A DNA stretch of 62,477 nt, taken from the NCBI GenBank assembly GCA_038249905.1, contig JBBSCX010000001.1, positions 1-62,477 on the forward strand, given 5' to 3'. Both the position numbers and the translations under genes were made by a program. Positions 42,807 to 53,206 of this stretch are shown piece after piece (the first letter of the stretch is position 1; every line of letters starts with the position of its first letter). The notes beneath the pieces are model-generated. The model did no database searches. It was not told the DNA's origin and was given only the letters and a program-made list of their open reading frames with translations. The stretch is from Burkholderiales bacterium (GTDB taxonomy: Bacteria > Pseudomonadota > Gammaproteobacteria > Burkholderiales > Burkholderiaceae_C).

Positions 42807-43097
42807 TTACTTCTCGACGACGGCGAAGAGGTCTTCTTCGCGCATCACCAGCAGTTCGTCGCCATCGACCTTGACGGTCTGGCCGCTGTACTTGCCGAAC
42901 AGCACACGGTCGCCGACCTTGCAGTTGAGGGCGATGAAGTCGCCCTTTTCGTTGCGCTTGCCTGGGCCGACGGCCAGCACTTCACCCTGGTCGGGCTTCT
43001 CGGCGACGTTGTCGGGGATGACGATGCCCGAGGCAGTCTTGGTTTCCTGTTCAAGACGCTTGACGATCACGCGATCGTGCAGGGGACGCAGCTTCAT
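42807..43097 (-). CDS. groES: Co-chaperonin GroES
   Basis: [22 protein letters not shown]; AAGGAG upstream. Confidence 0.98.
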   Translation of the reverse strand: MKLRPLHDRVIVKRLEQETKTASGIVIPDNVAEKPDQGEVLAVGPGKRNEKGDFIALNCKVGDRVLFGKYSGQTVKVDGDELLVMREEDLFAVVEK

Positions 43098-43200
43098 GGT
43101 TTCTCCTTGGGTCTGTAATGCGTTGGACGCCAGGGTTCGGCGTCCTCTCACATGGGGGGATCGGACTGCCCGAGCGAGGTGCCGGGTCAGTGATCAGCCG

Positions 43201-43227
43201 TTAGCACTCGACAACGATGAGTGCTAA
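43201..43227. promoter_or_regulatory. CIRCE element (HrcA operator)
   Basis: Perfect TTAGCACTC-N9-GAGTGCTAA upstream of groES. Confidence 0.97.
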
Positions 43228-43234
43228 CAAACGA

Positions 43235-43263
43235 ATTATAGGGGTCGCCGGCGACAGTTCAAG
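43235..43263 (-). promoter_or_regulatory. Sigma32-type heat-shock promoter of groESL, with overlapping TATAAT
   Basis: Minus strand CTTGAA-N13-CCCCTATAAT. Confidence 0.85.
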
Positions 43264-43400
43264 GGCTGGCCTTGCCCGGCTTGCGGTTGCCCCAGCAAGA
43301 CTGGCATCACTTCCTGCGGCATCCACCGCAGTGGGTCGCCACCAGGGCAGCCTGGGCTTCACCGTGCCAAAGATGAAAGTGGGTGCCCGAACCTGAAGCG

Positions 43401-43592
43401 TCAGTCGGGGCTGTCCGGCGGCCCCTCGGCCGGTGGCCCGGCAACGCGGAAGCGTTCGCTGGCCCACGCCCCCAGGTCGGCCTGGCGGCAGCGTTCGCTG
43501 CAGAACGGGCGCCAGCGGTTGTCGGGGTGAAACAGGGCCGGGCCCTTGCAGCTGGGGCAGATCACCAGGCGCCGCGGCGAGGAGGTGTCCAT
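43401..43592 (-). CDS. yacG: DNA gyrase inhibitor YacG
   Basis: CPSC..N.WRPFCSERC..DLGAWASE; downstream of zapD. Confidence 0.9.
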   Translation of the reverse strand: MDTSSPRRLVICPSCKGPALFHPDNRWRPFCSERCRQADLGAWASERFRVAGPPAEGPPDSPD

Positions 43593-43608
43593 GCCCATGC
43601 GCCGCGGC

Positions 43609-44364
43609 TCAGGCACACAAGGCCAGCTCGAAGCTGGTGTCCACAGCGGCAGGCCGCAGCCGCCCTTCGGCATCGGGCTTCATGAAGCGCACCGTCACCA
43701 TCAGCCGGTGGCCGGTGATCTCGGGCACCAGCCCGTCGTCGCCGTCCACGCGCACGCGCAGCAGCTGATAAGTCTTGCCCTGAGGCAGGCTCTGCTGGAA
43801 GAGCCCGCCGGGCGCGGCCACGCGCTGTGGCGTGCCGCTGTCACGCAGCAGGCCCAGCAGCACCTGCAGCGCCTCGGCCAAGGGCGTCAGCGTGGCCAGC
43901 CAGCCCAGCAGGTCGGTACGGCGTCGTTCGGCCGGGTGCTGTTGCCAGGCGTAGTAGGCCGGCAGGTCGAATTCGCAGGTGCCGCCGGGAATGCTGATGC
44001 GGCTGCGGATGCTCATCAGCCATTCGTTGGCGGTCAGGCTGTGACCGGCCTTGCCCTGCAATGCGTTCAGGCCGTCGTGCGCATGGTCGATGCGGGCGGT
44101 GACCTCGTCCAGCGCGGCCTCGGAGATGCCCGGGTGCCCGCGGTAGGTCTGCAACTGGGCGCGATGGCGCTCCAGTTCCTTCAGCACGTCGCTCTTCAGG
44201 TCGGCGCGCGAAGCCACGTCCATGACCTCGAACAACGTCGCCAGCGCAAAGTGGTGATCCACCGGCGCGTTGCGTTCCACCAGCTGACCCAGGCGGTCGA
44301 ACAGGTGTTCGAGCCGCAGCATCGTGCGGATGCCTTCGTGGAACGGGTACTCGTACAGGACCAA
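43609..44364 (-). CDS. zapD: Cell division protein ZapD
   Basis: LYEYPF.E.IRT.LRLE, RADLKSD, IPGGTCEFDLP, PEI.G; coaE-zapD-yacG synteny. Confidence 0.93.
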   Translation of the reverse strand: MVLYEYPFHEGIRTMLRLEHLFDRLGQLVERNAPVDHHFALATLFEVMDVASRADLKSDVLKELERHRAQLQTYRGHPGISEAALDEVTARIDHAHDGLNALQGKAGHSLTANEWLMSIRSRISIPGGTCEFDLPAYYAWQQHPAERRRTDLLGWLATLTPLAEALQVLLGLLRDSGTPQRVAAPGGLFQQSLPQGKTYQLLRVRVDGDDGLVPEITGHRLMVTVRFMKPDAEGRLRPAAVDTSFELALCA

Positions 44365-44469
44365 GGCGGGGCTTTCGCAGCATCAGAGTCGCGGTCGGAC
44401 CAACCAGCGCCGCGGATTGTTCCACAGGGGTGCGCGGCGCTTGTCTCGGCCGACAAGCTTCGGCCGTGT

Positions 44470-45123
44470 TCAGGCCGACGCCGGGCCCGCCTTGCCAGCG
44501 CTGTCGGATGAGGGCTCGATCGCCACGGCCAGCCCCCACAGTGCCGCCAACGCGCGCACCTCGGCCGCCAGCTGCGCCAGGCTGTGCGTGCCGTTGCAGA
44601 TCACCGCATCGGCGATGGCGCAGCGCTGCGCACGGGTGGCCTGCTGCGCGATCACGGCCTGTGCCGCGGCCTCGGTCCAGCCCGGTCGTGCGGCCACGCG
44701 CTGCAACTGCACGGCCTCGTCGCAGTCCACCACCAATACGACATCGACGCGCGCGCGCCAGTGGCGCGATTCGGCCAGCAAAGGCACATCGAAGACCAGG
44801 TGCGTGGCGCCCGCCGCTTCGGCCGCCGCCGCCTGGCGCTGCGCCTCGGCACCGATCATCGGGTGCAGCACGGCTTCGAGCCGCAACTTCGCCGCCGGGT
44901 CGGCAAAGACCAGCTGGCGCATGTGCCCACGGTCCAGCGCACCGTCGGCCGTCAGCACCGCAGGGCCGAAGGCGGCGGCCAATGCCGGCATCGCGGCCCC
45001 ATCGGGGCCGGTCAGGGCGTGGGCGATGGCGTCGGTGTCGATCAAGGTCGCGCCGAGTGCCACCCACTCGCGCGCCACGGTGCTCTTGCCGCTGCCGATG
45101 CCGCCCGTCAGGCCGATGCGCAT
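44470..45123 (-). CDS. coaE: Dephospho-CoA kinase
   Basis: MRIGLTGGIGSGKST, LDR..VF, LE..LHP.I, DVPLL.E. Confidence 0.95.
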   Translation of the reverse strand: MRIGLTGGIGSGKSTVAREWVALGATLIDTDAIAHALTGPDGAAMPALAAAFGPAVLTADGALDRGHMRQLVFADPAAKLRLEAVLHPMIGAEAQRQAAAAEAAGATHLVFDVPLLAESRHWRARVDVVLVVDCDEAVQLQRVAARPGWTEAAAQAVIAQQATRAQRCAIADAVICNGTHSLAQLAAEVRALAALWGLAVAIEPSSDSAGKAGPASA

Positions 45124-45140
45124 GACGGCAGACGGGTGCT

Positions 45141-46103
45141 TCAGTCCCACCCGATCCACGACAGCACCATCGGCAGCCCGGCCAGCATCACCATCAGCCC
45201 GCCGCCGGCCAGGAAAGGGCCGAAGGGCATGAAGCGGCCTTCACGCAGCCCGCCTGTCATCTTCAGGCCGATGCCGACCACGGCGCCCACCACCGACGAG
45301 GCCAGCACGATGGGCAGAACGGCCTGCCAACCCATCCAGGCGCCCAGCGCAGCCAGCAGCTTGAAGTCGCCGTAGCCCATGCCTTCCTTGCCGGTGACGA
45401 GCTTGAACAGCCAGTAGACGCTCCACAGCGACAGATAGCCCGCCACCGCCCCGCCCAGCGCGCTGGCCAGCGTCAGGCCGCCTGCGCTCGTGTTCCAGCC
45501 CAGCGCCGCCACGATCAGACCGCCCCACAGCAGCGGCTGGGTCAGCGCGTCGGGCAGCAAGGTGGTGTCCCAGTCGATCAGCGCCAGCGTCAGCAGCACG
45601 GCCGCGACCGCGCACCACAGCAGGGTCATCGGCTCGGCACCCAGGCGCCAGGCGAGGGCACCGAACAAGGCCGCGGTGCCCAACTCGACCAGCGGATAGC
45701 GCACCGAAATGCGCGTGGCACAGGCCGAACAACGACCCTTCAGCCACAGCCAGCTGAGCACGGGGATGTTCTCGTGCCAAGGGATGCGGTGGCCGCAGGC
45801 CGGGCAGCGCGAGCGGGGCCGGGACAGGGTCAGCGGCGGCAGTGCGTTCAACGTCTTTTCCAGCGCCGCGCCGGCCTGCGTCAGACCGCCCGGGGCCTCG
45901 GCGGCGAAGACGCGGCGGAAGGACTCGCCTTCGGCCAGCTGCGCCGCGGCATCGGCCCACCACTGCCTTTCCATCATCAACGGCAGGCGGTGCACGACCA
46001 CGTTCATGAAGCTGCCGATGGCCAGCCCCAGCAGGGCCAGCACCCACGGCGACAGCAGCAGCTCCAGCGGCAGCGCCGCTGTCAAGTGAGCCAGCGCGTC
46101 CAC
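45141..46103 (-). CDS. pilD: Prepilin peptidase / N-methyltransferase
   Basis: GSFMNVVVHRLP, RSRCPAC, ENIP, GRCSAC, GMGYGDFKL, PFGPFL. Confidence 0.95.
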   Translation of the reverse strand: MDALAHLTAALPLELLLSPWVLALLGLAIGSFMNVVVHRLPLMMERQWWADAAAQLAEGESFRRVFAAEAPGGLTQAGAALEKTLNALPPLTLSRPRSRCPACGHRIPWHENIPVLSWLWLKGRCSACATRISVRYPLVELGTAALFGALAWRLGAEPMTLLWCAVAAVLLTLALIDWDTTLLPDALTQPLLWGGLIVAALGWNTSAGGLTLASALGGAVAGYLSLWSVYWLFKLVTGKEGMGYGDFKLLAALGAWMGWQAVLPIVLASSVVGAVVGIGLKMTGGLREGRFMPFGPFLAGGGLMVMLAGLPMVLSWIGWD

Positions 46104-46104
46104 C

Positions 46105-47325
46105 TCAGACGACCGAACCGAGCTTGAAGATCGGCAGGTACATCGCCACCACGATGCCGCCGATCAGCGTACCCAGGATGACGATGATGAAAGGCTCCAT
46201 CAGGCTGGACAGGCCCTTGACCATCTCATCGACCTCGTCCTCGTAGAACTCGGCCGCCTTGGCCAGCATGTGGTCCAGCGAACCCGATTCCTCGCCGATG
46301 GCCGCCATCTGCAGCACCATGGTCGGGAACACGCCGGTGGCCGTCATCGAAGTGGTCAGCGCCGAGCCGGTGGAGACGTCGCGCTGGATCTGTTCGGTGG
46401 CCTGCGCATAGACCGCGTTGCCCGAGGCGCCGCCGACCGAATCCAGGGCTTCGACCAGCGGCACGCCGGCGGCGAACATGGTGGACAAGGTGCGCGTCCA
46501 GCGCGCGATCACGCTCTTGTTGATGAGATCGCCGAAGACAGGAATCCTCAACAGCAGCCGGTCCATGAACATCTGCATCTTCTCCGAGCGCTTCCAGCTT
46601 TCGAAGAAGAAGTACAGGCCGCCGAAGAGCAGGCCGAAGATGGCCCACCACCAGGCGACGAAGAACTTCGACAGCGCGATCACCAGTTGCGTCGGTGCCG
46701 GCAGTTCGCCGCCGAAGGACTTGAACACGTCCTCGAAGGCCGGTATGACGAAGATCATGATCACCGTCAGCACGACGAAGGCGACGACGATGACCGCTAT
46801 CGGGTACATCAGGGCCGACTTGATCTTGCTCTTGATGGCCAGCGTCTTCTCCTGGTAGATGGCCAGGCGGTCGAGCAGGGCCTCGAGAATGCCGCCGGTC
46901 TCGCCGGCCTCCACCAGGTTGCAGTACAGCGCATCGAAGTGCAGCGGGTGCTTGCGGAAGGCCGACGACAGGCTGGTGCCGGTCTCGACGTCGTTGCGGA
47001 TGTCGGTCAAGAGCTTGGTCATGCGCGGGTTGGTGCTGCCGCGGGCGACGATGTCGAAGGACTGCAGCAGCGGCACGCCGGCCTTCATCATCGTTGCCAG
47101 CTGGCGCGTGAAGATGGCGATGTCTTTCTGCTTGATCGACCTGCCGCCGCTTGTGCGCCGCTTCTTGATCTTGTTGACCAGGATGCCCTGGCGACGCAGG
47201 CTGGCGCTGACCACGGCCTCGCCGCCGGCGCGGATCTCGCCGCGCACCATCTTGCCGTTCTTGTCCTTGCCTTCCCACTCGAAGATCTGTTCCTTCGTGG
47301 TCTTGGCGAGCGTTGCGGTAGCCAT
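46105..47325 (-). CDS. pilC: Type IV pilus inner membrane platform protein PilC
   Basis: FTRQLATMMKAGVPL, AGETGG.L, IGEESGSLD.ML, MYLPIF. Confidence 0.95.
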   Translation of the reverse strand: MATATLAKTTKEQIFEWEGKDKNGKMVRGEIRAGGEAVVSASLRRQGILVNKIKKRRTSGGRSIKQKDIAIFTRQLATMMKAGVPLLQSFDIVARGSTNPRMTKLLTDIRNDVETGTSLSSAFRKHPLHFDALYCNLVEAGETGGILEALLDRLAIYQEKTLAIKSKIKSALMYPIAVIVVAFVVLTVIMIFVIPAFEDVFKSFGGELPAPTQLVIALSKFFVAWWWAIFGLLFGGLYFFFESWKRSEKMQMFMDRLLLRIPVFGDLINKSVIARWTRTLSTMFAAGVPLVEALDSVGGASGNAVYAQATEQIQRDVSTGSALTTSMTATGVFPTMVLQMAAIGEESGSLDHMLAKAAEFYEDEVDEMVKGLSSLMEPFIIVILGTLIGGIVVAMYLPIFKLGSVV

Positions 47326-47351
47326 GTGCTTGCGTTGCCTTGTTCAGCGAA

Positions 47352-49076
47352 CTATTCGTTGGTCACGGTGATGACTTCTTCCAGCGAGGTCACGCCCACG
47401 CGCACCTTCAACAGGCCGGACTGGCGCAGGTCACGCACGCCTTCGCGCTGCGCCTGCTTGGCGATGTCCATCGCCGAGCCTTCGCTCAGGATGATGCGCT
47501 GGATGGCTTCGGTCATCGGCATCACCTGGTAGATGCCGACGCGGCCCTTGTAGCCGTTGTTGCAACTGCTGCAACCGACGGCGCGGAAGGGCTTCCAGTT
47601 GCCGTCCAGGTCCTCGGGCAGGAAGCCGGCCTTCAGCAGGCTTTCGCGCGGGTAGTCGGCCGGCTTCTTGCAGTTCTCGCACAGCTTGCGCGCCAGCCGC
47701 TGGGCCGTGATCAGCAGCACGCTGGAGGCGATGTTGAACGGCGCCACACCCATGTTCAGCAGCCGCGTCAATGTCGTCGGCGCGTCGTTGGTGTGCAGGG
47801 TGCTCATCACCAGGTGGCCGGTCTGCGCGGCCTTGATGGCGATGTCGGCAGTCTCCAGGTCGCGGATTTCGCCGACCATGATGATGTCCGGGTCCTGGCG
47901 CAGGAAGCTCTTCAGCGCGGCGGCGAAGGTCAGGCCGGCGCGGTCGTTGACGTTGACCTGATTGATGCCGGGCAGGTTGATTTCGGCCGGGTCTTCGACC
48001 GTGGCGATGTTCACGCCCGGCTGGTTCAGGATGTTCAGGCAGGTGTAGAGCGACACCGTCTTGCCCGACCCCGTGGGCCCGGTGACGAGGATCATGCCGT
48101 AGGGCCGCTGGATGCACAGCATCAGCCGGTCCTTCTCGATCTTCTCGTAGCCCAGGGCCTCGATGCCCAGACGTGCGCTGGACGGGTCGAGGATCCGGAT
48201 CACGACCTTCTCGCCGAACAAGGTGGGCAGCGTGCTGACGCGGAAGTCGATGGCCTTGTTGCCGAACTTCAATTTCATGCGGCCGTCCTGGGGCACGCGC
48301 TTCTCGGCGATGTCCATACGGCTGATGACCTTGATGCGAGAGGCCAGCTTGTCCTTGATCGCGATCGGCGGCTGCGTGATCTCGCGCAATTCGCCGTCGA
48401 TGCGAAAGCGCACTCGGTAGTGGTACTCGTAGGGCTCGAAGTGCAGGTCGGAGGCGCGCGCGTTGATGGCGTCGATCAGCATCTTCTGCAGGAAGCGCAC
48501 CACCGGCGCGTCCTCGACCTCGGCCGTGACCTCGGCCGTCTCGGCGGCGGTGTTGTCGTCGTCGTTGACGTCGAAGTCGAAGTCGCTGCTGGCCAGCGTC
48601 TCCAGCACCTCGTTGGCGCTGGCGTTGGCCACCTCCAGGTGGCGCATCAGCTTGTCGTACTCGACGATCACCCACTCCGGCGTCAGCTGGGTGGCGAACT
48701 TGATGCGCTCGGTGGCTTCCTGGTCGGTGGGGTCGGCGGCACCGATGAAGATGCGGTTGCCGCGCTTGCCCAGCACGATCAGCTGGTACTGGTTGGTGAT
48801 CTTCGGGTCGACCAGGTTGCGCTGCAATTTCTGCAGATCGACCGCGTTCAGGTCCAGCACCGGCAGGGCCAAGGCATGCGACAGCGTGTGCGCCAGTTCG
48901 TCGGACTTGATCGACCCGGCCTGCACCACGGCGCTGACGAAGCTGCCCTTGCGTTCGCGGGCAGTCCTGCTCAGCTCCTCGGCCGTGCGCGGGCTCAGCT
49001 TGCCGGCGTTGACCAGCACGCGGGCCACGCCGACCAGCGTGGACGGGGGCGGTTCAACCAGGGTCTCGACAGCCAT
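47352..49076 (-). CDS. pilB: Type IV-A pilus assembly ATPase PilB
   Basis: ASDLHFEP, RVPQDGR, GPTGSGKT, LRQDPD, STLHTN, AQRLARKLC. Confidence 0.95.
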   Translation of the reverse strand: MAVETLVEPPPSTLVGVARVLVNAGKLSPRTAEELSRTARERKGSFVSAVVQAGSIKSDELAHTLSHALALPVLDLNAVDLQKLQRNLVDPKITNQYQLIVLGKRGNRIFIGAADPTDQEATERIKFATQLTPEWVIVEYDKLMRHLEVANASANEVLETLASSDFDFDVNDDDNTAAETAEVTAEVEDAPVVRFLQKMLIDAINARASDLHFEPYEYHYRVRFRIDGELREITQPPIAIKDKLASRIKVISRMDIAEKRVPQDGRMKLKFGNKAIDFRVSTLPTLFGEKVVIRILDPSSARLGIEALGYEKIEKDRLMLCIQRPYGMILVTGPTGSGKTVSLYTCLNILNQPGVNIATVEDPAEINLPGINQVNVNDRAGLTFAAALKSFLRQDPDIIMVGEIRDLETADIAIKAAQTGHLVMSTLHTNDAPTTLTRLLNMGVAPFNIASSVLLITAQRLARKLCENCKKPADYPRESLLKAGFLPEDLDGNWKPFRAVGCSSCNNGYKGRVGIYQVMPMTEAIQRIILSEGSAMDIAKQAQREGVRDLRQSGLLKVRVGVTSLEEVITVTNE

Positions 49077-49363
49077 CGGCATCCATCGGTGGGAGGGGGC
49101 GGCCGGACGCAGGTCCGGGCCGGGGCAGGACAGGGGCAGGCGTTGGCGATCTTCGCCGATGCTCCCAGGGGTGTAAACGTGGATAAGGCCGCAAACCCGG
49201 GCCCTGGACAAACGCTTACAGCCCGCCGCCCATCGTCTGTCGTCCGGCCCGGGGCTGGCGGCGCGGTGCAGTCTAGACCAGCGTGAGGGCCGGCAGCAGG
49301 CCGGCCGCAGCGCATGCCGCTGTGGGCGGCCATGTCATGCTTCAGGCTCACTCTCCTGCTTGC

Positions 49364-52300
49364 ATGAAGCCTGAACTGACCCCCGGCCTGCTGGTGCTGC
49401 AAGGCGACCGGCTCGAGACCCTGGCCCAGGCCGTGTTTGCCTGGCTGGCGCGCCATCCGCTGGGCGCGCTGGAAGAGGAAGTGCTGCTGGTGCAGAGCAG
49501 CGGCATGGGCGAGTGGCTGAAGATGGAGCTGGCCACTGCCCACGGCATCTGCGCGGCCACACGGGTGGAACTGCCGGCGCGCTTCTTCTGGCGCGCCTGC
49601 CGTGCCGTGCTGGGGCGGCAGGCGGTGCTGGCGCTCTCGCCGCTGGACAAGCAGCCGCTGGCGTGGCGTCTGATGCGTCTGCTGCCGCAGCTGGCCGGCA
49701 ATGGGGTCGAAGCCGGCGAGTTCGCGCCCGTGGCCGCCTGGCTGCAAGGCGGCGACGCGGCGCGGCGGTGGCAGCTCGCACAACGGCTGGCCGATCTGTT
49801 CGACCAGTATCAAGTGCACCGCGCCGACTGGCTGGACGACTGGGCGGCGGGTCACGACCGCTTGCGCGCCGCGCCACCGGAGCGTTCCCCATCCCCCGCG
49901 CCTTCGGTCCTTCCCCCGTCGCCCGCGGGCCCGCCCCAGCCGGTGCCGCACGACCAGCGCTGGCAACCCGCGCTGTGGCGCGCGCTGCGGGCCGAACTGA
50001 GCCCTGCCGAGCGCGACAGCGCCCGCCCGGCGCTGCAGCGGCGCTTCCTGCAGGCACTGCAAGGGCCGGGGCCCTGGCCCGCGCTGCCGCGCCGCGTGGT
50101 GCTGTTCGGCAGCACCCACCTGCCGCAGTCGCTGCTGCAGGCCATTGCCGCGATGGGCGCGCATTGCCAGGTCTTGCTGGCCGTGCCCAACCCCTGCCGC
50201 TGGTTCTGGGCCGACTTGATCGACGGCCGTGAGAGCCTGCCCGCTGCGCCGCGGCGCCATGCACTGCGCGGCGGCCGCGATCTGTCGCAGCTGGCACCCG
50301 CCGCGCTGCACGCGCACGGCCACCCGCTGCTGGCGGCCTGGGGTCGGCAGGCCCGCGACTTCGTGCGCCAGCTCGATGCCTTCGACGACGCCGAACGGGC
50401 GCGTGAACGCTTTGGCCTGCCGCGCGTGGACCTGTTCACCGACGAGACCGAAGCCGATCAGGGCCCCTGGCTGGCGCAGGTGCAGGCGCACATCCGCGAG
50501 CTGCGGCCGCTGGCCGAACACACCCACCCCGCACTGGCGGCCGACGACCGGTCGATCGTCTTCCATGTCTGCCACAGTGCCTTGCGCGAGGTCGAGGTGC
50601 TGCACGACCAGTTGCTGCACCTGCTGGTGCAGTCGCCAACATCGCAGCCGGGTGCGCAGTCGGACGCGGAGCCGGGTGCGCAGTCCAGCGCACAGCCGGA
50701 TGCACAGCCGGATGCACCGCCGCTGGCGCCGCGCGACATCGTCGTGATGGTGCCCGACATCGCCAACTTCGCGCCCGCCATCCGCGCTGTCTTCGGCCAG
50801 CACGCGCGGCACGACCCGCGGCACATCCCCTGGGGCATCGCCGACCTGCGTGAACGCGGTCACCGCCCGCTGCTGGTGGTGCTGGAATGGCTGCTGCACG
50901 CGCCGCAGCCGCGCTGCACCGCCAGCGAGTTGCGCGACCTGCTGGACCTGCCTGCACTGGCCCGGCGCTTCGGGCTGGCCACCGACGACCTGCCGACCCT
51001 GCTGGGCTGGATCGATGCGGCCGGCGCGCGCTGGGGACTGCACGCCGCGCACCGCGATGCCCTGGGCCTGGGGGCCTGTGGCGACGTCAACACCTGGCAG
51101 TTCGCATTGCGGCGCATGCTGCTGGGGCATGCTGCCGGTGCGCTGCCCGATGGCTTCGAGGGCATCGAACCCTGTGCCGAGGTGGCCGGGCTCTCGGCCG
51201 GCCTGGTCGGCGTGCTGGCCGAACTGCTGGACGTGCTGCAGGCCTGGTGGGCCGATGCCGTGCATCCTCGGCACCCCGGCGCCTGGGCCGAGCGCCTGCG
51301 CAGCCTGCTGGCTGCCCTGTTCAGCGCCAATGACGACATCGACCGCGCCCTGCTGGCGGCGCTGCACGAGGCCCTGGCGGCCTGGCTGCTGGCTTGCGAG
51401 CAGGCCGGCTTCGACGAGCCCCTGCCGCTGGCGGTCGTGCGCGAGGCCTGGCTGGACGCCGTCGATGCGCCCGATGCGGCCGCCGCGCTGAAGCGCTTCC
51501 GGGCCGGTGGCGTCACCTTCTGCACCTTGCTGCCGCTGCGCGCGGTGCCTTTCGAGGTCGTGTGCCTGCTGGGCATGAACGACGGCGACTACCCGCGGCG
51601 CGCGCCGCGCAGCGATTTCGACCTGATGGCCGGCCCCGGCCTGGCGCGGCCCGGCGACCGATCGCGCCGAGACGACGACCGCCAGTTGATGCTGGACGCG
51701 CTGCTGTCGGCGCGGCGGGTGCTTTACCTCAGCTGGGCTGGCCGCAGCATGCGCGACAACCAGGTGCAGCCGCCTTCGGTGCTGGTGGGCCAGTTGCGCG
51801 ACTACCTGACCACGGGCTGGAGCGAGGCCGAAGTGGCGCAGCGCACGACCGAGCATCCCTTGCAGCCCTTCAGCCGGCGCTACTTCGAGCAGGCCGATGC
51901 CGATGTGGCGGTCGGCGTCACCGCGCCGCCCCTGTTCACCTATGCCAGCGAGTGGCGCGCGGCACATGCCGACATCGGTGGCGATGGTCCGGCCACCCAG
52001 TCGCAGGCGCCGCCGCACGAGTCCCTGCAGCAAACCCCGCCGGCGGCTGCCGCCGCACCGATTCGGCTGCTGCCAGCCGCGCCGATGACGGTGGACAGCC
52101 TGTCGCGCTTTCTGCGCAATCCTGTGCAGGCCTTCTTCCGCCAGCGGCTGCGGGTGGCGTTCGACGATGTAGTCGAGGCGCCTGCCGACGACGAGGCCTT
52201 CGACGTCGCCGGCCTGGACCGCTGGCAGCGCCTGGACGAACTGTTGCGTGGGACACGTTCGCGGCTCGATGCGCCGGTCGATGCGCGGCTCGTTGCGCGG

Positions 52301-53167
52301 CTCGTTGCGCAATCGGATGTGGCCGCCTTTGCGGTCACTCCCGCCTTGTCCGTCGCGCTCGGAGCGGCGGCCGAATCACTGCGCCGTGCCGGACGCATGC
52401 CACTGGGCGCACCTGGGCGGCATGTGCAGGTCGCCCTGGTGGCCACTGCCTTGCCGATGTTGCAGCACTGGGAGCAGTGGCATGGACAGCACCCGCAGCC
52501 GCGCCCCCGCCTGGGCTGGCGCCAGACCCATGCGCAGCGGTCCGTTCTGGTGTTCGACGACGTGCTTCCGAGGCTGCAGGCCCGTTGCGACGACGCCGCC
52601 GAGGCCTGGTGGATCGAACTGCAGCCGGTGGCGCTGCGCAGTCGTGAACGCCGCCACATCCGCCCGGAGCGCCTGCCCTTCGCCTGGCTGCGCAGCCTGA
52701 TGGCCGCCGCAGCGGGGCGGGCTGTGGGCGGTGTGCTGATCGGCACCGATGGCGTCATCACCGTCAGCCCGTTGCCGGTTGATGGCGCCGAGGCCGCACG
52801 TGCACTGCTGGACGATCTGCTGGCCGCCAGCGACGACGGCCTGAATGCCGACGCCCCACTGCCCACGGCACTGGGCACCGGCCTGGCCGCACTGGACGAG
52901 AAGGGCCAGCCGGCGAAGGTCTACGACGGCGGCACGCGATGGCGCGGCGAGGGCCGCGAGGCCTGCCTGGCGCGCCTGTTTCCGGACTTTGCGGCACTGG
53001 CCGCCGAGCCCGGCTTCCTGCCCGCCAGCCAGCGCCTGTACGCACCTTTTGCCGCCTGGATCGAGCGCCATGTGAGCGTGGCCGATTTGCCGGGCGCGAA
53101 AGTGGACGAACAAGCCGAAGGCGAAGCCGAAGCGGCCAGCGGCGGCGACGAGAACGACGATGAGTGA
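49364..53167 (+). CDS. recC: Exodeoxyribonuclease V gamma subunit
   Basis: LVQSSGMGEWLK, LADLFDQY..R, NPC..W, HPLLA.WG, REVEVLHD, DIVVMVPDI, HPLQPFS. Confidence 0.93.
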   Translation: MKPELTPGLLVLQGDRLETLAQAVFAWLARHPLGALEEEVLLVQSSGMGEWLKMELATAHGICAATRVELPARFFWRACRAVLGRQAVLALSPLDKQPLAWRLMRLLPQLAGNGVEAGEFAPVAAWLQGGDAARRWQLAQRLADLFDQYQVHRADWLDDWAAGHDRLRAAPPERSPSPAPSVLPPSPAGPPQPVPHDQRWQPALWRALRAELSPAERDSARPALQRRFLQALQGPGPWPALPRRVVLFGSTHLPQSLLQAIAAMGAHCQVLLAVPNPCRWFWADLIDGRESLPAAPRRHALRGGRDLSQLAPAALHAHGHPLLAAWGRQARDFVRQLDAFDDAERARERFGLPRVDLFTDETEADQGPWLAQVQAHIRELRPLAEHTHPALAADDRSIVFHVCHSALREVEVLHDQLLHLLVQSPTSQPGAQSDAEPGAQSSAQPDAQPDAPPLAPRDIVVMVPDIANFAPAIRAVFGQHARHDPRHIPWGIADLRERGHRPLLVVLEWLLHAPQPRCTASELRDLLDLPALARRFGLATDDLPTLLGWIDAAGARWGLHAAHRDALGLGACGDVNTWQFALRRMLLGHAAGALPDGFEGIEPCAEVAGLSAGLVGVLAELLDVLQAWWADAVHPRHPGAWAERLRSLLAALFSANDDIDRALLAALHEALAAWLLACEQAGFDEPLPLAVVREAWLDAVDAPDAAAALKRFRAGGVTFCTLLPLRAVPFEVVCLLGMNDGDYPRRAPRSDFDLMAGPGLARPGDRSRRDDDRQLMLDALLSARRVLYLSWAGRSMRDNQVQPPSVLVGQLRDYLTTGWSEAEVAQRTTEHPLQPFSRRYFEQADADVAVGVTAPPLFTYASEWRAAHADIGGDGPATQSQAPPHESLQQTPPAAAAAPIRLLPAAPMTVDSLSRFLRNPVQAFFRQRLRVAFDDVVEAPADDEAFDVAGLDRWQRLDELLRGTRSRLDAPVDARLVARLVAQSDVAAFAVTPALSVALGAAAESLRRAGRMPLGAPGRHVQVALVATALPMLQHWEQWHGQHPQPRPRLGWRQTHAQRSVLVFDDVLPRLQARCDDAAEAWWIELQPVALRSRERRHIRPERLPFAWLRSLMAAAAGRAVGGVLIGTDGVITVSPLPVDGAEAARALLDDLLAASDDGLNADAPLPTALGTGLAALDEKGQPAKVYDGGTRWRGEGREACLARLFPDFAALAAEPGFLPASQRLYAPFAAWIERHVSVADLPGAKVDEQAEGEAEAASGGDENDDE
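50645..50716 (+). repeat. Imperfect 12-bp tandem repeat x6 inside recC
   Basis: QPGA QSDA EPGA QSSA QPDA QPDA. Confidence 0.8.
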
Positions 53168-53206
53168 GCGACGATGAGTGAGCGACGATGAATGAGCGAC
53201 GATGAA
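53155..53206 (+). repeat. 14-bp tandem repeat (about 3.7 copies) spanning the recC stop to recB start
   Basis: cgacgatgagtgag x2, cgacgatgaatgag, cgacgatgaa. Confidence 0.9.
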
